The position numbers were made by a program, and so were the translations under genes. This document shows positions 17,402-35,229 of a DNA stretch of 64,000 bases, in pieces. The stretch is from the human T2T-CHM13v2.0 reference genome, Homo sapiens. The notes below the pieces were generated by a model, which was given only the letters and a program-made list of their open reading frames with translations, did no database searches and was not told the DNA's origin. Positions within the stretch are counted from its first letter, which is position 1. Each line of letters begins with the position of its first letter. The stretch lies in the NCBI RefSeq assembly GCF_009914755.1, contig NC_060932.1; one strand, 5' to 3'.

Positions 17402-17947
17402 TGTATCAAGGCAGAATAGTGGCCCCCTATAGACATCTATGCCCTAATCCTTACAAGGAAAAAGAACTTTGCAGATGTAATTAAGACTATGACCTTGAGA
17501 TGGAAAAAGTATCCTGGATTATTTCAGTGGGCCCAATTAAATAACATAAGTCCTTAAAAGCAAAAGATGGGAGCCAAAGTATCAACTAGAGAGATGTACA
17601 TAAGGACTCAATCCATCACTTGGAAAATGGAGGCTTGGAAGACAGAGGAAGCAGGCCAAAGCAGGAGGGACCTCTAGAAACCAGGAAAAGCCCTTGGCCA
17701 ACAGCCATCCAGAAAACAAGACTTCCTCTGTGCAAGAAACTGAATTCTGCCAACAACAAAAAGATTAAATTAACAGATTCTCTTCTGGAGCCTCCAGAAA
17801 GAAATGCAAACTTGCCAGCACCTTCATTTTAGTTCACTAAGACCTATGTCTGACTTCTGATTAACAGAAGCATAGGACAGTGAACTGTGTGGTTTAAATT
17901 GCTAAGTTTGTGGTAATTTGTTATGGAAGAAATAGAAAAGTAATACA
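17402..17947 (+). mobile_element. MLT1D/E-like MaLR LTR
   Basis: 'ggcagaatagtggcccc...ctttgcagatgtaattaag...gaactgaattctgccaacaa...gagcctccagaaag...taataca'. Confidence 0.85.
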
Positions 17948-18366
17948 TCTATGATTGGAAAAAATTACATAGATACCTAAACACTGCTGTACTTTAATAC
18001 CATATTAAAATCACTGATCCAGAACTTCAGGTTATATTTATTGGAGGACAAATCTTGGCAGTGTTAATATGCTTATACCAAAATAAAAATTGTACTGGAC
18101 ACGTTTCAACATTTGGCATACAAAAATGCTAAAATGTTTATAAGCAATAATGCAAAAAGTTATAGCATCTTCACAATTTATTCTATGAAACCATAATTGT
18201 CATTCTTTTAAAATAATCAAACACTTTTTAAGATTTAATGTACATATGTCTTTAAAGGTTGACAGTTGAACAGTTATGGAAGGCACTAAATTTTATAGAG
18301 AATATAATATTTTGAAATATACCATTTCTTAAAACCACATTCAGATTAATAAATGACTGAATTTTC

Positions 18367-21263
<2,897 letters not shown>

Positions 21264-21314
21264 AATAAATGACTGAATTTTCTCCTGATCCAGTTAATTT
21301 CCAAATTTAAGTGC

Positions 21315-21376
21315 ATATATATATATGTATATATAAATATATATGCACACAAACACACACACACACATACATATAT
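21315..21376 (+). repeat. (TA)n/(CA)n compound microsatellite
   Basis: Visible dinucleotide runs. Confidence 0.8.
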
Positions 21377-21575
21377 GAAGTAAGATGAAATTCATGTGAA
21401 TCATTTGGCTTCATTTTAGACATTTAAAGCAAGAGTTATTATCATTGAAGAATTTAGTGCTTCTTAACTAAAATTTCAAAGACTCAAAGAATAAACTCTA
21501 ATTTTACTAACAAATTGTGTTTTTTAAGAAAATGTTTAAAATTTAACCTAAAAATTAAGCATAACAAAAAAATTA

Positions 21576-21928
<353 letters not shown>

Positions 21929-23039
21929 ATCTGGAGTTTAAATGTATCTTAAAAGTCACCAGGTCTAACATTTTCCTTCTACAATGCCTGCAATAGATGG
22001 TCTCTAACCTCTGACTGAATACCTCCAGCAAAGGTCAAGTGTTATGCAAATGTATATGCTGTTTTTTAATCATTGTAATTATTTGAAAGTACAAACTAAT
22101 ACGCATCAAAACCTGATGATTGGCTCTACATTCATTTTTTAAAATCTATGCAAATATGCGAATATGCTACTAAAGAGTTAATTTTGGCCAAGTCCAAATC
22201 ACCCATCTGATTTCCAAATACTGATGAGGGAGAACATAATGTAACAACTTCTTTTTGACTCTGTCCATTTCCAGACACTAAGCTAGGCTTTTACCATATT
22301 TTAATTCATTAAATAGTCTTGCAAATCATTAGATGAAATCAATCAGTAAATTCTTTCATGAAATGTTAGTGGACTTCCAGAATCAATGCCTCCCGAAGAA
22401 TTGAGCCCTTAATTGTTACTGGTTTACTGGCAGGATCTGGCTGATAATATTTTTCCAAGCAGTCCTAAACTTCAGTCTTATTGTTCATCATTTCACATTG
22501 CTTACTTATGATTCAGATATTACTGATTGGCAAATTTTGTTTTATTTTATAGACAATCGTCCCTATAAAGTATATAAAAGTAAACGCTACATGAAAGGGT
22601 ACAATTAGATGTTTTTATGATGATTTATTTTGTTGGAAGAAAGCTTTTGAAGCATCTGTTAACCAGACTTTCTTGGTTAACATTACAAGATGGCAGAGAG
22701 ATCACAGGTACTCTCCCTATTCAATCTCCACTGAACTGGCACAACTATTTAAATCCCTAACAAAGCACAAGTTACACTGAGTAAACATCGGTATCGATGA
22801 GCTTTTTAAAGACAGGCAGTGGGTGACTTATGTTGATGTATTCATCAACACAATAGTCACCAGGCTGAACACATGCATGAAAGAAGGTGCCTCAGAGCAA
22901 GAAGTCTTTTTTCTCTGTAAAGCACAGACAAGTTTCTAGGTCAGAGCCAAGTCAGTAAACACACACAACAGAATAGCTTGCAACAGTAAAGGAGAGTAGT
23001 ACTGAAATCTTCCTTAACAAGTGAAAAACACCACAGACA

Positions 23040-23626
23040 TAGTGGCAAAACAGACCCCAACACAGTAATCATCTTCCTGTTCTTACGGATTCTGACAGTG
23101 AGTTAAAAATTTGGAGAGTGTTACCTTGTCTCTGCTCTGCAATATCTGGGGCCTTAGCTGAAAAGATTCTAAATTTGAAGCTAACTCAATGACTGGGGTA
23201 ACTCAAAAAATAGAAGGGATTCCACAGTCAGGGGCTGGCATTATGCAAAGCCTCACTTACATGACTGATGGTTGATACCAGCTATCAACTGGGAGCTCAG
23301 TTGTTACTGCTGGCTGTAACACCTATACATAGGCTCTCCATGTGGTTACGTGGGCTTCCTCACAGCATGGTGGTGAAGTTCCAAGAATGAGTGTCCCAAG
23401 AAGAAACAGATTGCACTCCAGCCTCGGCAACAAGAGCCAAACTCCGCCTCAAAAAAAAAAAGAACTTGTACAACTTCTTATGACCTAGCCTAAGAAGTCA
23501 TATCTGCCACCCAGATTCAAAAGAAGGAATCACAGAATCCATTTTTAGTGAAAAGAGTTAAAATCACATTATATGAAGAATGGGAGATATTGTTATTGTT
23601 GTATTTATAAAATAAAGTCTGCTACA
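23040..23626 (-). mobile_element. MLT1 (G/H-like) LTR, interrupted by a short Alu fragment
   Basis: 'gggcttcctcacagcatggtgg', 'tatgacctagcc', 'aaagtctgctaca' are MLT1 antisense motifs. Confidence 0.65.
23410..23461 (+). mobile_element. Alu 3'-terminal fragment (~50 bp, Sq/Sp-like)
   Basis: attgcactccagcctcggcaacaagagccaaactccgcctc followed by A11. Confidence 0.9.
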
Positions 23627-24275
23627 GGTAATTTATTAAAGAACTATGTAAGATTAGCTGTCAGTTTAAGTTTCCCTCTACTCCAGCCACACAGCAAAAT
23701 CTGCTGAAAAAATGAAAGGAAGTTTGTTCTGTCCAGAAGCAAAAGGAGCATTCAAGTCAAAATATTCAGCTCATTAACCCGGATCTCACACTCAGACCTC
23801 TCTTTGAGGAGAATGAATGAGTGTGAGATCAGATCTACACACTCAAAGTGGAAACCTATTCCAGAGGATTTGTAATAATCAGCCTGAAACTCTATTCCTA
23901 AATATAGTTATCAGACATTTGGGGAAAATACAATACCATGAAGAGAGAAATCAAAATAAAAAGAGATGAGGAATGACTTAATAGAGAACTGAGAATTTAA
24001 AAAATGAAAGAGAACTTGAAGAAAAAAAGGAAAATGTGAAATTCCAGAGTCAAGTTAATATGGCATATATTAAACAGAAATAAGATGCAATGAACAAGCA
24101 GTGGTCCAAAAACAAGATGGAATAATTCAAAATTTTAAAATAACTTATAAAAGTAACAAATATAAAAAATAATTTGAATAAGACGACATACATAGGTCTA
24201 AGATAATAAGGATGTTTTCTAAGGTCATACAGCTAAAAACTCTGGTTGGTGAAGCAGATTTAAATGCAAGTCTAA

Positions 24276-24731
24276 TGGAATCAACCCAAATGCCCATCAA
24301 TGATAGACTGGATTATGAAAATGTGGGACATATACATCATGGAATACTATGCAGCCATAAAAAGGAATGAGATCATGTTCTTTGCAGGGACATGGATGAA
24401 GCTGTAAGCCATCATCCTCAGCAAACTAACACCAGAACAGAAAAACAAACACCACATGTTCTCACTCGTAAGTGGGAGCTGCACAATGGGAACACGTGGA
24501 CATGGGGTGGTGGAACAAAACACACCAGGGCCTGTCAGAGGTTGGGGGGCTGGAGAGCATCAGGATAAATAGCTAATATATGTGGGGCTTAATACCTAGG
24601 TGGTGGGTTGATAGGTGCAGCAAGCCACCATGACACAAGTTACCTGCATAACAATCTTGCATGTTCTGCCCATGTATCCTGAAACCTCAAATAGAATAAA
24701 ATTTAAAAAATAAAAAATTCAAAAAAATAAG
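24276..24731 (+). mobile_element. L1PA10-13-like 3' end fragment
   Basis: 'agagcatcaggataaatagctaat...gggcttaatacctaggt'; TSD aatgcaagtctaa at 24263-24275 and 24732-24744. Confidence 0.9.
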
Positions 24732-25914
24732 AATGCAAGTCTAACTGTACCCCTTTACCTACATATACTGGGATGAAATTTAAATCAAATTTATATATTG
24801 TGTATATTAGTGTTATATGTATACTTTACAGTACATTAAAAGCATATGTATTACATACAAAAAAGGCAGGAAATTCATGCTTTATAAGAACTGCTGTATA
24901 ATTTCACCATTTTAAATTATCTCTCCATTTGGTAGGGCTACAACTTTGCTTTTCTTATGTATTATTGGTTTCAACTATGAATTAGTTTTCCTTTGTCATC
25001 TGTTAAGAATACAACCTTCATTTATATTTTTCTCACTGCATAGTGAAATTATCTCCTTTATAAGTTTCTGTACGACATTGTCCACAATTATACTACTGAC
25101 AAATAATTATCAACACATAATGCTGAGCACTAAAGTTACTGTGAAGAATGCATATGGGAGAAGCTGTCTCAGAGCTTGTCCTACGTATTCTGACTTCTTT
25201 GTTCTTTTCATATTAAAATACAGTTCAAATTGTGATACTGTTATATGAAACTGTCAAATTCACTTTCTGAAACGAAAATATTTTTTGTAAACATTGAATA
25301 TATACAAAATCTTTGGCAATTATCATTTTTATGTTTTGCCTCTCTTCTAGCTTTTATGTTTTAAGAACACTTTATGCCTTAACTGCAATTATATTAATTA
25401 TAAAATAAGTTTTGAAGATGACTTTCTATTGTTTCATCTTATTTTATCTCCATGTTGTATGTGGATTATTTGTGCTTTTTTTTTACCTTTAAGAGATCAG
25501 TGAATACTGACATTCCAGATATTTTTCATACATACATGCTTTTGAGATGTTTCTAGAAGCATTTAAATATTGACAAGTTCCCCTTCTCAACTTATGGTGG
25601 ACCCATTTTCAACCACAACCTTACTCTCTTACAACTATCTGTAGGTTGACATTAACCTTCACATTTTGTTTATGTGACTTTAAAGTTCATAGTAACTTTT
25701 ATATCCATTCTCAGTTGATTTTCATACCAGTCATTTAAGATGGGCAGAGCTGAGTATCCCTGTTTAAGAAGTGAGTGAGAAGGTTAGAGATGTGAGATAA
25801 ATTCTTCAGATTTGTGCTTTTAGTTGAACTCCAACATGATATGTGACTATAATATTATTCTCTATATGAGCCAGTGTTCTTAATTTCAGACATTTCACAT
25901 TTATTTTTAAATAA

Positions 25915-28000
25915 AAAATAGGCTTAATAGGGAACATGACTTATTCACAGAATTGTTTGTAAGGTGCAGGAACAGAATCTAGGCAGCACTGGGGTACCAA
26001 GGTAACTGCTGATTCCAGCACACTTAAAAAGCAACAAAATCCGAAATTGTCAACATGGCTACTGGGGCCAGAGCCATACCACCTCTCAAGACAAAGTTCA
26101 GGAAAGTGGATACTTGCCTTTCTCTCAGTGTAACTCAGCTCTGAACCAAAGCTTTGTTCCAGTGGAAACTAAATCACCTTTGGATCCCAGCTTTGGGTGC
26201 TAGAATAAATACTGACCAAGACAATCTACACTACTGACCCTTGGCTACTCCACACTTACACACAGGTTTCTTCTCATGTTTAAACTCCCAACTGCAACAA
26301 CAGCATGCTCCCACATAAACAGCACAGTAAGACCTCAGACAAATTAAAGTGTGCTCATTGTTTCCATGAAAGGGAAGACCCAAAGTCATATCAGTTATTA
26401 CATTTAACTCTAGGTAATGTTAATTCTCTTCTCTTCCAGTTTCGATGCCATCTTTATTTTTGTAAATTATAGACCAATTATAAAAGGTAACCACGACAAA
26501 AAAATTCAGTATAAAATACTACAGAAATGAAAAAGAAGTATATGATTAATAATTAGGTACTACTAAGTATGATCATGCAAGAAGAATATGAGGAGCTATT
26601 ACTGTTCTCATTTCTGCAACTGTTCACCAGGGTTTCATCAGTATTTATAATGTTATTCCCCCTGATCCAATCGATATTCGCTTTTTATTCTGCCTTCACC
26701 TCAGTGGGCCAGGTTTCATCCCTTATGAGGTGATCAAGTCTATATTCCTGAGGTCTGATCTCTGTGGATATGTCTGCATGGGTTTCTTTGTTTTCTCCTA
26801 ATTTGTGTTCCTTGACAGAAGATGCTCAGGATTCCAGAGCTTCAATGTCCTTTCCTCACTGTGTGGAAAGCACTATATTTCACCTTGATCATCAGAATCT
26901 AGCACCCTGGCCATCATCTTGCCATTGGCTACAGTGCAAGTGGTATTATGGAGTACTTGAGAAACAAAAACCCACAACTGTGTCGTGAGCCCCTGGGCTG
27001 GCTGTGAGATAGAGTTGGGACAAAGCTCCACTTGTCAACTGATGCCTGTAAGACACAACCCTGCCTGGAAGACAACAATGGTGTTATGTACCCCCAAGTA
27101 CCAGCGTCATCTCAGAGCCAGTGGTCAACACCCTCCAAATATCAGCGGGCACGCTGACTCTCACAAAAGGCTCTTGGTGTCTTAAGGAAAAGATAGGAGG
27201 AAAATCTATAATAAAAACTAATGATGTTTCCACAAGAGTCTTTTTCAGAAGTACCCACATTTCCATTCACTCAAAAAGATGGGTGGAGGCTATGCAATGA
27301 CTCTGATGTAAGAATTGGGTGAGGGCTCCTGACTTCCCAAGGTGGTAACTCAGTGTTAATTTTGACTTTTTTTCCCATTACACCTAGAGTTTGTACAGTT
27401 AAAAAGAATCAGAATTCAGTGAGCTTCCCATCTTTTGAGTTCTACAGACATTATGATGAATTGGCCTATAACAACGATTTTCAGAGGTCTAATCATTTCG
27501 TTCGGCACCAGAGCTGTTAACTATTACAACTACTCCCACTTTGCCTGTTGCGCTGCTACTACCTTTCTGAAGTCAGGGAGCTTGTCCCAATGGATCGTCT
27601 CCTTCCTGCATCGCTGGTTTACAAAGGACAGTCACTGAAGTGCACTGAAGGATGCTAACGTTTCTGACACCAGTGTATCTCTCAGTGTCTGGTGGATGAG
27701 AACAACCTCTAGGGATAAGGTCTGTAGCAGAAAGGAGGGATGGCAATAAATGACTGTCACACATAATAAATCTCTTCCAACATACTTACTTCTCTATGTC
27801 TTTAGATGCCTCCTTTCACAATACTAAGAATTTCTGGATCCTCCAAATCCTTTATCACAGTGTACGCCTGAGATAAGTTTCAGTTAGCCAGCAAAGCAAA
27901 CAATCTGAAATATCTTCTAGCTCCCTGAGCTAGGAATTTAAATCCCATGGGATCCAGAATCTCAGGAAGAAGTGGTCAGGGTACAGCATTGAGACTAGAC
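25915..28000 (-). mobile_element. Ancient ERVL/MaLR LTR plus internal fragments
   Basis: Higher-GC degenerate stretch with an LTR/PPT-like junction near 26230; family uncertain. Confidence 0.4.
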
Positions 28001-28409
28001 GCTAAAGAGGGTAGCAATTTATTCCATCATTGTTTTATAAAACATAGAGCATTAAATAATTTAACATACGTCTTAACCTAGATGGAAGGCCCAAAGAGTC
28101 AATTGTATTCCTTCATATAAACAATGAAAATATCCCTAACCCTAAGAGATACGGTTTGAGGCACAAAGAAAAATACGATAGAGATTATATCTGCTTATTT
28201 TTCCCAGCACTTCCAAATATCACCTTTGAAATGAGAATCTGGGAGGAAAATCCCAACAACCAAAACAATTGTGAAATACATTATCTCTCTCTATATATTT
28301 GTCTGTTAGCAGGCAGCAGTAAGTCTGACAATTTTATAATTTTTATTTATTCAAAAATCTTTTTATAGAAAAGCATTGAAATTGTAGACTTAAATGGGAT
28401 ACAAAAAGT

Positions 28410-28700
28410 CCATTCACTTATTCATTTTTATTTAACAAATGTTTATTATAGGCCTACTACGCACCAAACAATACATTAACTCACAATGATCTATAGTCCT
28501 TATAGACACATTTGATAACACAGTCAATGCATAAATAATATAAAATTACAAACATAAAAGTAAAAATTGATTAGCATACAGACTAATAGAAGGAAGCCTA
28601 ACTTAGGAGATACTCAAGAAAGCTTTCTCTGGGGAAATGTCATTTAATTTGAGAATTAAATGTTAGGATGAGTAAGGTTTAGCCAAGTCATGAGTTAGAG
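28410..28700 (-). mobile_element. L2 3' end
   Basis: 'cattcacttattcatt...aacaaatgtttattataggcctactacgcacca' is the antisense L2 tail. Confidence 0.65.
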
Positions 28701-29959
28701 TTGTGGAAAGGGTAATTTGATTCTTTTTTTAAAAAAAATTCTAGTTTTGCACGCGCACACACACACAATGTTTTATCAGAGGTTTATTGTCTATAGTGAG
28801 AGAAAAGAATAAACAAAAGTGGAATTAGGTTGTTAAGGAGAAAGGAGATAAAACTGAGGTGTCATTTAAGTGACCATAATAATAAAAACATCATTCTCAA
28901 AACAACTGTTTATTTCATTTGAAAGCTGTGTGTGTGCTACGGAAGACAGTGCAGAATAATTCTGCCTGAACAAACAACATATCATATGAAATAAAAAAAC
29001 AGTACCCATAACAGAAAAAAAAGGGCTTAATTTTGGTTCAGACCTCAGCAGCACCAACCTTTCTATTTCAGTATTCACTCAGTACATTGCATTATAAACA
29101 AAGGTGACATGTCCTCTTCTTACTTGTGATCTCTCTGCTATTTTCTGATGGATCAGATTCCTAGTAGTTTGTAGTAGTGTATCTTGCAAAAATAAAAGCA
29201 TGGCAATAACACTTGCTATTCTAATAATTCTATAAACAGAATTGCTTAGAAAATTCATAATAAAATGCAAAACGAGTACTTTAATTCCATATTTCTACCT
29301 CACAAATATTAAATCTACGAGCATAGCCTTGACACCATAATCTATGCCCTCTGAAAATAAAGAGGTCATAGGCCTTTCTTGCTAGTATATAGTTTTACTC
29401 AAATTGTGTAATAAAGAATTATAGTAAGAAGTTTCAAGTTTTTAATTTTGAAGCATATAGTGTATTATCATAAATCCTTTCTTGAATTTCCCTGCAGTTG
29501 GGAATGTATTATACGTATAAAGTGTACACCTAGCAATGCCTTGTTTAAACTTTACATAATAAATACCAATGTTATTTCAAATTTGATTTTTCATTTGCTT
29601 TAAATCTCCGGATATTATGTAACCATCAAATTTGTCGAGATTGAAAAGCTGTTTGTATAGCTAGATGCATGATTACACACATAAAACTGTAGAATTTATT
29701 CATGATGATCCTAAGTGATCATCTTTATAGCTGTTTGGTTACAATAAAATAGCCATTAAAAATTATACCTGAGGTGAGTAAAATGTTCAGGGTTTCCAAA
29801 AGTCTCTGCTCTTTTCTGAACAACTTTTGCTCCTTCCATAGAATTCAATAGTACATATGCAAATAAACCATTATGGCGTGCTGCTGCGTTAGGAATTTAT
29901 ATACTACTATTTCCTTTCAATTCATGTAGTACTTATCTCCAAAAACTGGAACCATTAAC

Positions 29960-30125
29960 TTTTTTTCTTTTAAAAAATCTTTTTTTTTTATCATTAATTT
30001 GAGATCTTTCTAGCTTTTCAAGGTCAGTGTTTAGTGCTATAAACTGTCTTTCTAACACTGTTTTCACTGCATCCCAGTGATTTTGGTATGCTATGTCTCT
30101 GTTTTCATTTATTTCAATGAATTTT
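29960..30125 (-). mobile_element. Old L1 (L1M) ORF2 fragment
   Basis: 'gtgtttagtgctataaact...cactgttttcactgcatcccagtgattttggtatg' is antisense L1 ORF2. Confidence 0.65.
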
Positions 30126-30964
30126 TTTTTCTAAGTGCCTATCATGTATAGCAGATACAGTGCTAGCTGCAAAACCACTTAATTGCAACTTGACTCATAC
30201 AGGAATCTTTCTAGAGAAAATTTACAAAGATTTAAACTGTTCTTGCTCTAGCCAGTGCAGCTAAGCATCAGAAACTTTATGATGGGACTCACTTGTGATC
30301 TTACTATCCCCCCATTCTACTTCTAAAATTATGATATTTTTGAGATCTAGTCTGTACCTTCTGTACAGTTTAAATACTAAGTAATTTAGTTTTCCCTGAG
30401 ATTTCACTTTGGAAACTTTCCTACAATTCAGTTTCTTTATAACACTAAGCATTGCTTTACTCCCATTAGTCCTATCCTGGAAGCTTCCATCACGGTCAAT
30501 GGTGTCATGGTAGAGGCATTTCCATTTGCCAGAATTTCTAAATTTCACTTGTCTGTGTGATTGGCTCTACATTATTGCCTCTGATCCTCTCCTATTGAAC
30601 TTTAATTGTCTCATGTTTCATCTCCATTATGGTATTTCCATATCAAATATCCTAATTTTTATTGACATTAGTCTTCACATTCTATCTCTCACCCAACCTT
30701 CTGGCAACACTCTCTGCAGGTGATCTTTTTTTAATCTCTCTATTCTATCTCTGATCATCTTTATCAAAAAAAATTCTGCCATTAGTTCTAAAGAGAAATG
30801 TGTTTATTTCTTTAGTACTAGTTAATAAAATACAGCTCTAACTTTGTGCATAATTTTCTTAAGGTACATATCAAATCTTATGAGATGTGGTCACAGCAAT
30901 ACATAAATAAGAATCGATAGGATTTATTAATAGAAATGGAGAAAAAATACTGATAAAGAAGCAT

Positions 30965-31364
30965 TGTTGTAAGTTGAATTGCATCTTCTCAAAAAAGATA
31001 TGTTAAACTTCTAAATCCCAGTACCTTACAATATGACCTCATTTGGAAATAAGTCACTGCAGATGTAATTTGATAAGATGAGATCCCACTGAAATGCGGT
31101 AGGTCTGTAACCAAATATGACTGGTGTCTTACAAGAAGATGCCCGTGTGAAGACAGAGTCAGACAGGATGAACATCATTTAACAATGAAGTCAGGGATTG
31201 GGGTTATGCACCTCCAGGCCAATGAATGCCAAAGACTGGCAGTAAAGCAACAGGAGCTAAGAAGACACAAGGATTCTCCTCCAAACTGTGAGATAATAAA
31301 TTTCTGATGTTTTAAGCCACACAGTTTGTATACTTTTTTACGGTTGCCCTAGGAAACAAATACA
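30965..31364 (+). mobile_element. MLT1B/C LTR
   Basis: 'ttgaattgcatc...cccagtacc...atttggaaataag...aactgtgagataataaatttctg...ggaaacaaataca'. Confidence 0.85.
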
Positions 31365-32177
31365 GCCCTCAACCAGAGAAATTAGAAAAAAAAATCCAAA
31401 CGATATGGAAATAAATGAAAAAAATAAAGGTCATTAACTTTAAGATGAATATAAATGCAAGTCAACAAAGAGCATATTGATAATAAACATCAAAAATTGG
31501 TTCTGAAAGGGTAATACAGATGTGTACACTATTAGAAATTTAATCTAAAAACAGTAAATAAAGAATAATAGAAAAGGAAATAATATCAATTGCTAAGTAA
31601 GGACTTTTTTAATAAAGAAGGAAAATAATATGTAGCTTGGCAATTAGTATAATGAGGTCTACATATAACATTTGGGGTCCGTTTCAGGTTTTTAAAAATT
31701 CTAGTTTGTATAATTTCCAAAACGCAATAAAGTGTATCTATGAGAAACATACAAAAATTAACACTTTATGTTCAACAACTATTAATAGAAATGTTTCCAT
31801 TAAGTCAAGAATCAACCAATCCAAAACAATAAGAAAAGAATAAAATAAAGAAAAAGCTGTTTTTATTTGCAGAGATCATGATATCCTACATAAAAATCAA
31901 CATACATCACTGTAAACTAAGTATTATTAAGAAGAAACTTTAGCAAGATTACTCAATATATCACGACAATGACATAATGCATTGCTAAACACTATCCATA
32001 AGCAATTAAAATGTAATGAATCCAAAATATCTCATTCACAAAGCAAATTTATAAAACACAAATAATCGAAATTATAATTGTATGACATAGCTAGTAATCT
32101 ACTAAATATAATTGAAAAATGATAATATTTAATCTCAATTAATGGAAACCTCTACCAAGATACTGGATGGAAAAATA

Positions 32178-32642
32178 ACATCAACCCTTGAACAGCACAG
32201 TTTCATCTGTGCAGTTCCACTTATATATAAGTTTTCTTCAACCTCTGCCACCCCTGAGGCAACAAGACCAACCACTCCTCTTCCTCCTTCTCCTCAACCT
32301 ACTCAGCATGAAGACAACAAGGATGACCACCTTTGTGAAAACCCACTTGTAGATAATCAATAGAAAAGATATTTTCTCTTATGACTTTCTTGAAGTTTCT
32401 TTTCTCTTTCTTTGATGTAAGAATACAATATATAATACATATACAAAATAGGTGTTCACCATCCACAATATCATTCCCAAAAGACCAAAATAGGCATTAA
32501 TCAATTGTTTCTGTTATGAACTTCTGGTCAACAGTACGTTATTAGTAGTTAAGTTTTTGGGGAGTCAAAAGTTATATGCAGATTTTTGACCTAACAGGGG
32601 GTTGGTGTCCCTAATTCCCACATTGTTTAAAGGTCAACTGTA
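32178..32642 (+). mobile_element. Tigger2a-like non-autonomous DNA transposon
   Basis: TIR-like ends 'tcaacccttgaacagcacag' and 'ttgtttaaaggtcaactg'+ta; internal 'ctcctcttcctccttctcctcaacctactca'. Confidence 0.85.
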
Positions 32643-33131
32643 CATTTTTGAAGTGTCATATTTTCCTCATAAATTTATAAATTCAGCAAAAATTCAAAAA
32701 AAGTATGAAATTTGACAACTAACTTAAGTTACTGGAAAGAGAGAAAGCATGGAGAATTAAGTTTATGTTCTGCTTTGTAACCTAACAAGTTACAAGCATT
32801 TTCAAGCACATGAAACTTTCAAGCACATGAAAAAATCTGCTACAATAACTCACGGCTGGTGAGGGTCTAAATTTACAGTCTTTTTGGAAGAAACAACAAT
32901 ATTCATTTAAGTATTACAATGTGTATCCCATAGGAATTAACAGTTCATTTTATTTTGGCAAGTCTAAGGAAATAAAAGAGAAACGTACAAGGGAGGTCAC
33001 TGCAATATTATATGTCTGAGTGAAAAACTGAAAATGATTGAACTATCCATCAATAGGAACTGGTTAAATAAACTTACATATAAACAAATGCGCTTTAACA
33101 GTTAAAAGGAATGACATAGAATGATAAACAC

Positions 33132-33515
33132 TGCTATTGTTTGAATATGTCATAAATTCATGTTAGACACTTAATTCCCAGTGCAACAGTATTGGGATGT
33201 GGAGCCTAACAAGAGGTGATTAGATCATGAAACCTCTACCCTCATGAACACATTAATGTTGTTATCACAGAGTGGATTTATTATCATGATAGTGGACTTA
33301 TTCTAAAAGTGAGTATAGCCCCCTCTTGATCTTGTTCTCTCTTGCCCTTCTGCCTTCTGCCATGGGATGATGTAACACAAAGGCCCTCACCAGATGCCAG
33401 CACCATACTCTTTGACTGCCCAGCCTGCAGAACTGTAAGCCAAATAAACTTCTATTGTTTATAAATTACCCAGTCTCAGGTATTCTGTTATAACAGCACA
33501 ACATGAACTAAGACA
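33132..33515 (+). mobile_element. MST (MSTB/C-like) MaLR LTR
   Basis: tgctattgtttgaat...aactaagaca; 5-bp TSD aacac/agcac. Confidence 0.88.
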
Positions 33516-34783
33516 AGCACTAATATGAAAAGTATCTAAGACATTGTCAAGAGAAGAAAGCAAACAGCACAATAAATATATTTTATTAGAACTATATTTT
33601 ACATGAGGATGTTTTCGTGTCTATTCTTATACTTAAGTGCACTAATGAAGGATTCAAATAATAATAGATTGCTCATAAAATTTTTCCATGTTGGAGGGTA
33701 AAAGGGTGGAGAGGAAGGAGTTGAAAAGTAATTTTCACCTTTTTCTCTGTATCCTTATTTATTTTTTAAAATTGTTTTATTAATGACATGAAATAACTTT
33801 AAGAGAAAGCAATAAGGCAGACTAGTGTTTTAAAGTTATATTTCTACCATGATGTATTCTTAATACTTCAATTCACATACTTAACCTCTTTATCAGCTTT
33901 AGAGATTTTTAACTTGTCAAAAGAATATAAAAACAACTTAGAAGAAATTGCTTTATTATTAGCGTGATCCTCCCTCACTTCTTGCCCACGAAAATTATTC
34001 CCTGTGCATTGAGTGTGCACAGGACTGTGCGTGAGCACTCCACAGTTCATTTCTTTATTTAATGTCAACTTTCAGCCCTGAACACGCCTAAGTATAGGTA
34101 TAAAGTAATAGAAAATAAACCCTAAGTGAAAGGCATTAGAAATTACAGATTTAGGATATTCTTTTCACCGAGAAATTGGCATTGTACATAACTAGCGGCT
34201 TTTCAGTTTCTGAAATATATTTGGCTTACCTGGATTTCAGTTCAATCAGTTATACCTGCCTAATATCCTTCATTTTCCTTATTGCAGAAATTGGTTGCTC
34301 AATAATGAGCAATAACTATGCACATGAAATTAAAGAAGTCATCACTTAGAGTTAGATAAATAGTAGAACTAATAAAACTAATGAAAAAAGATTCTTTTAA
34401 ATCTGCTAGTGAATTACTTGATATGTCAAACTCAATTTTAAAGCCTAGTGAAAGTGAATTTGAAGAGCTGATCAAAGTCAGTCTGAAGTTGTTTAGCGTA
34501 ACTGAAAGGAGAACATGCTATTTAAGAACATTCTTTAAAATTTGTTGGAAATTTAGATATAGTCTAAGAGTAACTCAGGGCTTCTTCGGTTGTATGCAAT
34601 GGTAAACACTTTAGCTGGGAATAAGTACTTGTATTCCAAGCCACTTTCATTCTACAAAATGGGTGAAGAAGAAACTCCAGTCACCCACCCCTTTCTGTCC
34701 CTCATCTTACATCCTGGCCAACTCTAGTCACCCCAAGTCCACTACATGTAATTTTATGCCCTCCCTCCTCTTTATGTCATTCC

Positions 34784-35229
34784 CATAGATTCAATTGATC
34801 CCTTCCCCCAAATAAGTTAAAGTCGTAACCTCCAGTACCTCATAATGTGATCTCATTTGGAAACAGTCTTTACATAGATGTTCATTAAGGTGAGATTATT
34901 AGGTTGGACTGTAATATGACTGCTGTCCTTATAAAAGGGAGAAATGTGGACACAGGGACAGAAACACACAGAGGAAAAACAATGTGAATACACACGGGGA
35001 GAAGACTGCAGCGATGCATCTACAAGCCAAGGATCACCAAGTGTTGCCAGCAAGACAGTAGCTAGAAAAGGCAAGTAATGATTTCCCCCTAGAGTTGCCA
35101 GAGGGAGCATGACCCTGCTGACATCTTGATTTAGGACTTCTAGCCTCCAGAACTGTGGTTCAGTAAATTTCTGTTGTTTTAACCCACCTCATTGTTGGTA
35201 CTTTAAGGCAGCTCTAACAAACTAAGACA
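34784..35229 (+). mobile_element. MLT1B/C LTR
   Basis: 'cctccagtacctc...ccttataaaaggg...gacttctagcctccagaactgtg...aactaagaca'. Confidence 0.85.

Larger units (their letters stand above)
31370..33800 (+). mobile_element. Degraded L1M (L1ME/MC-like) fragments hosting Tigger2a and MST insertions
   Basis: A-rich strand with residual ORF2/3' motifs ('ttatttgcagagatcatgat', 'tatccatcaataggaactggttaaataaac'). Confidence 0.55.

Noticed and set aside
29731-29773. Isolated splice-like sites (GAG|gtgagt at 29773; also ~34228 minus, ~41294 plus, ~45450 plus)
   Set aside because: No consistent partner exons or reading frame; such sites are expected by chance in 64 kb.
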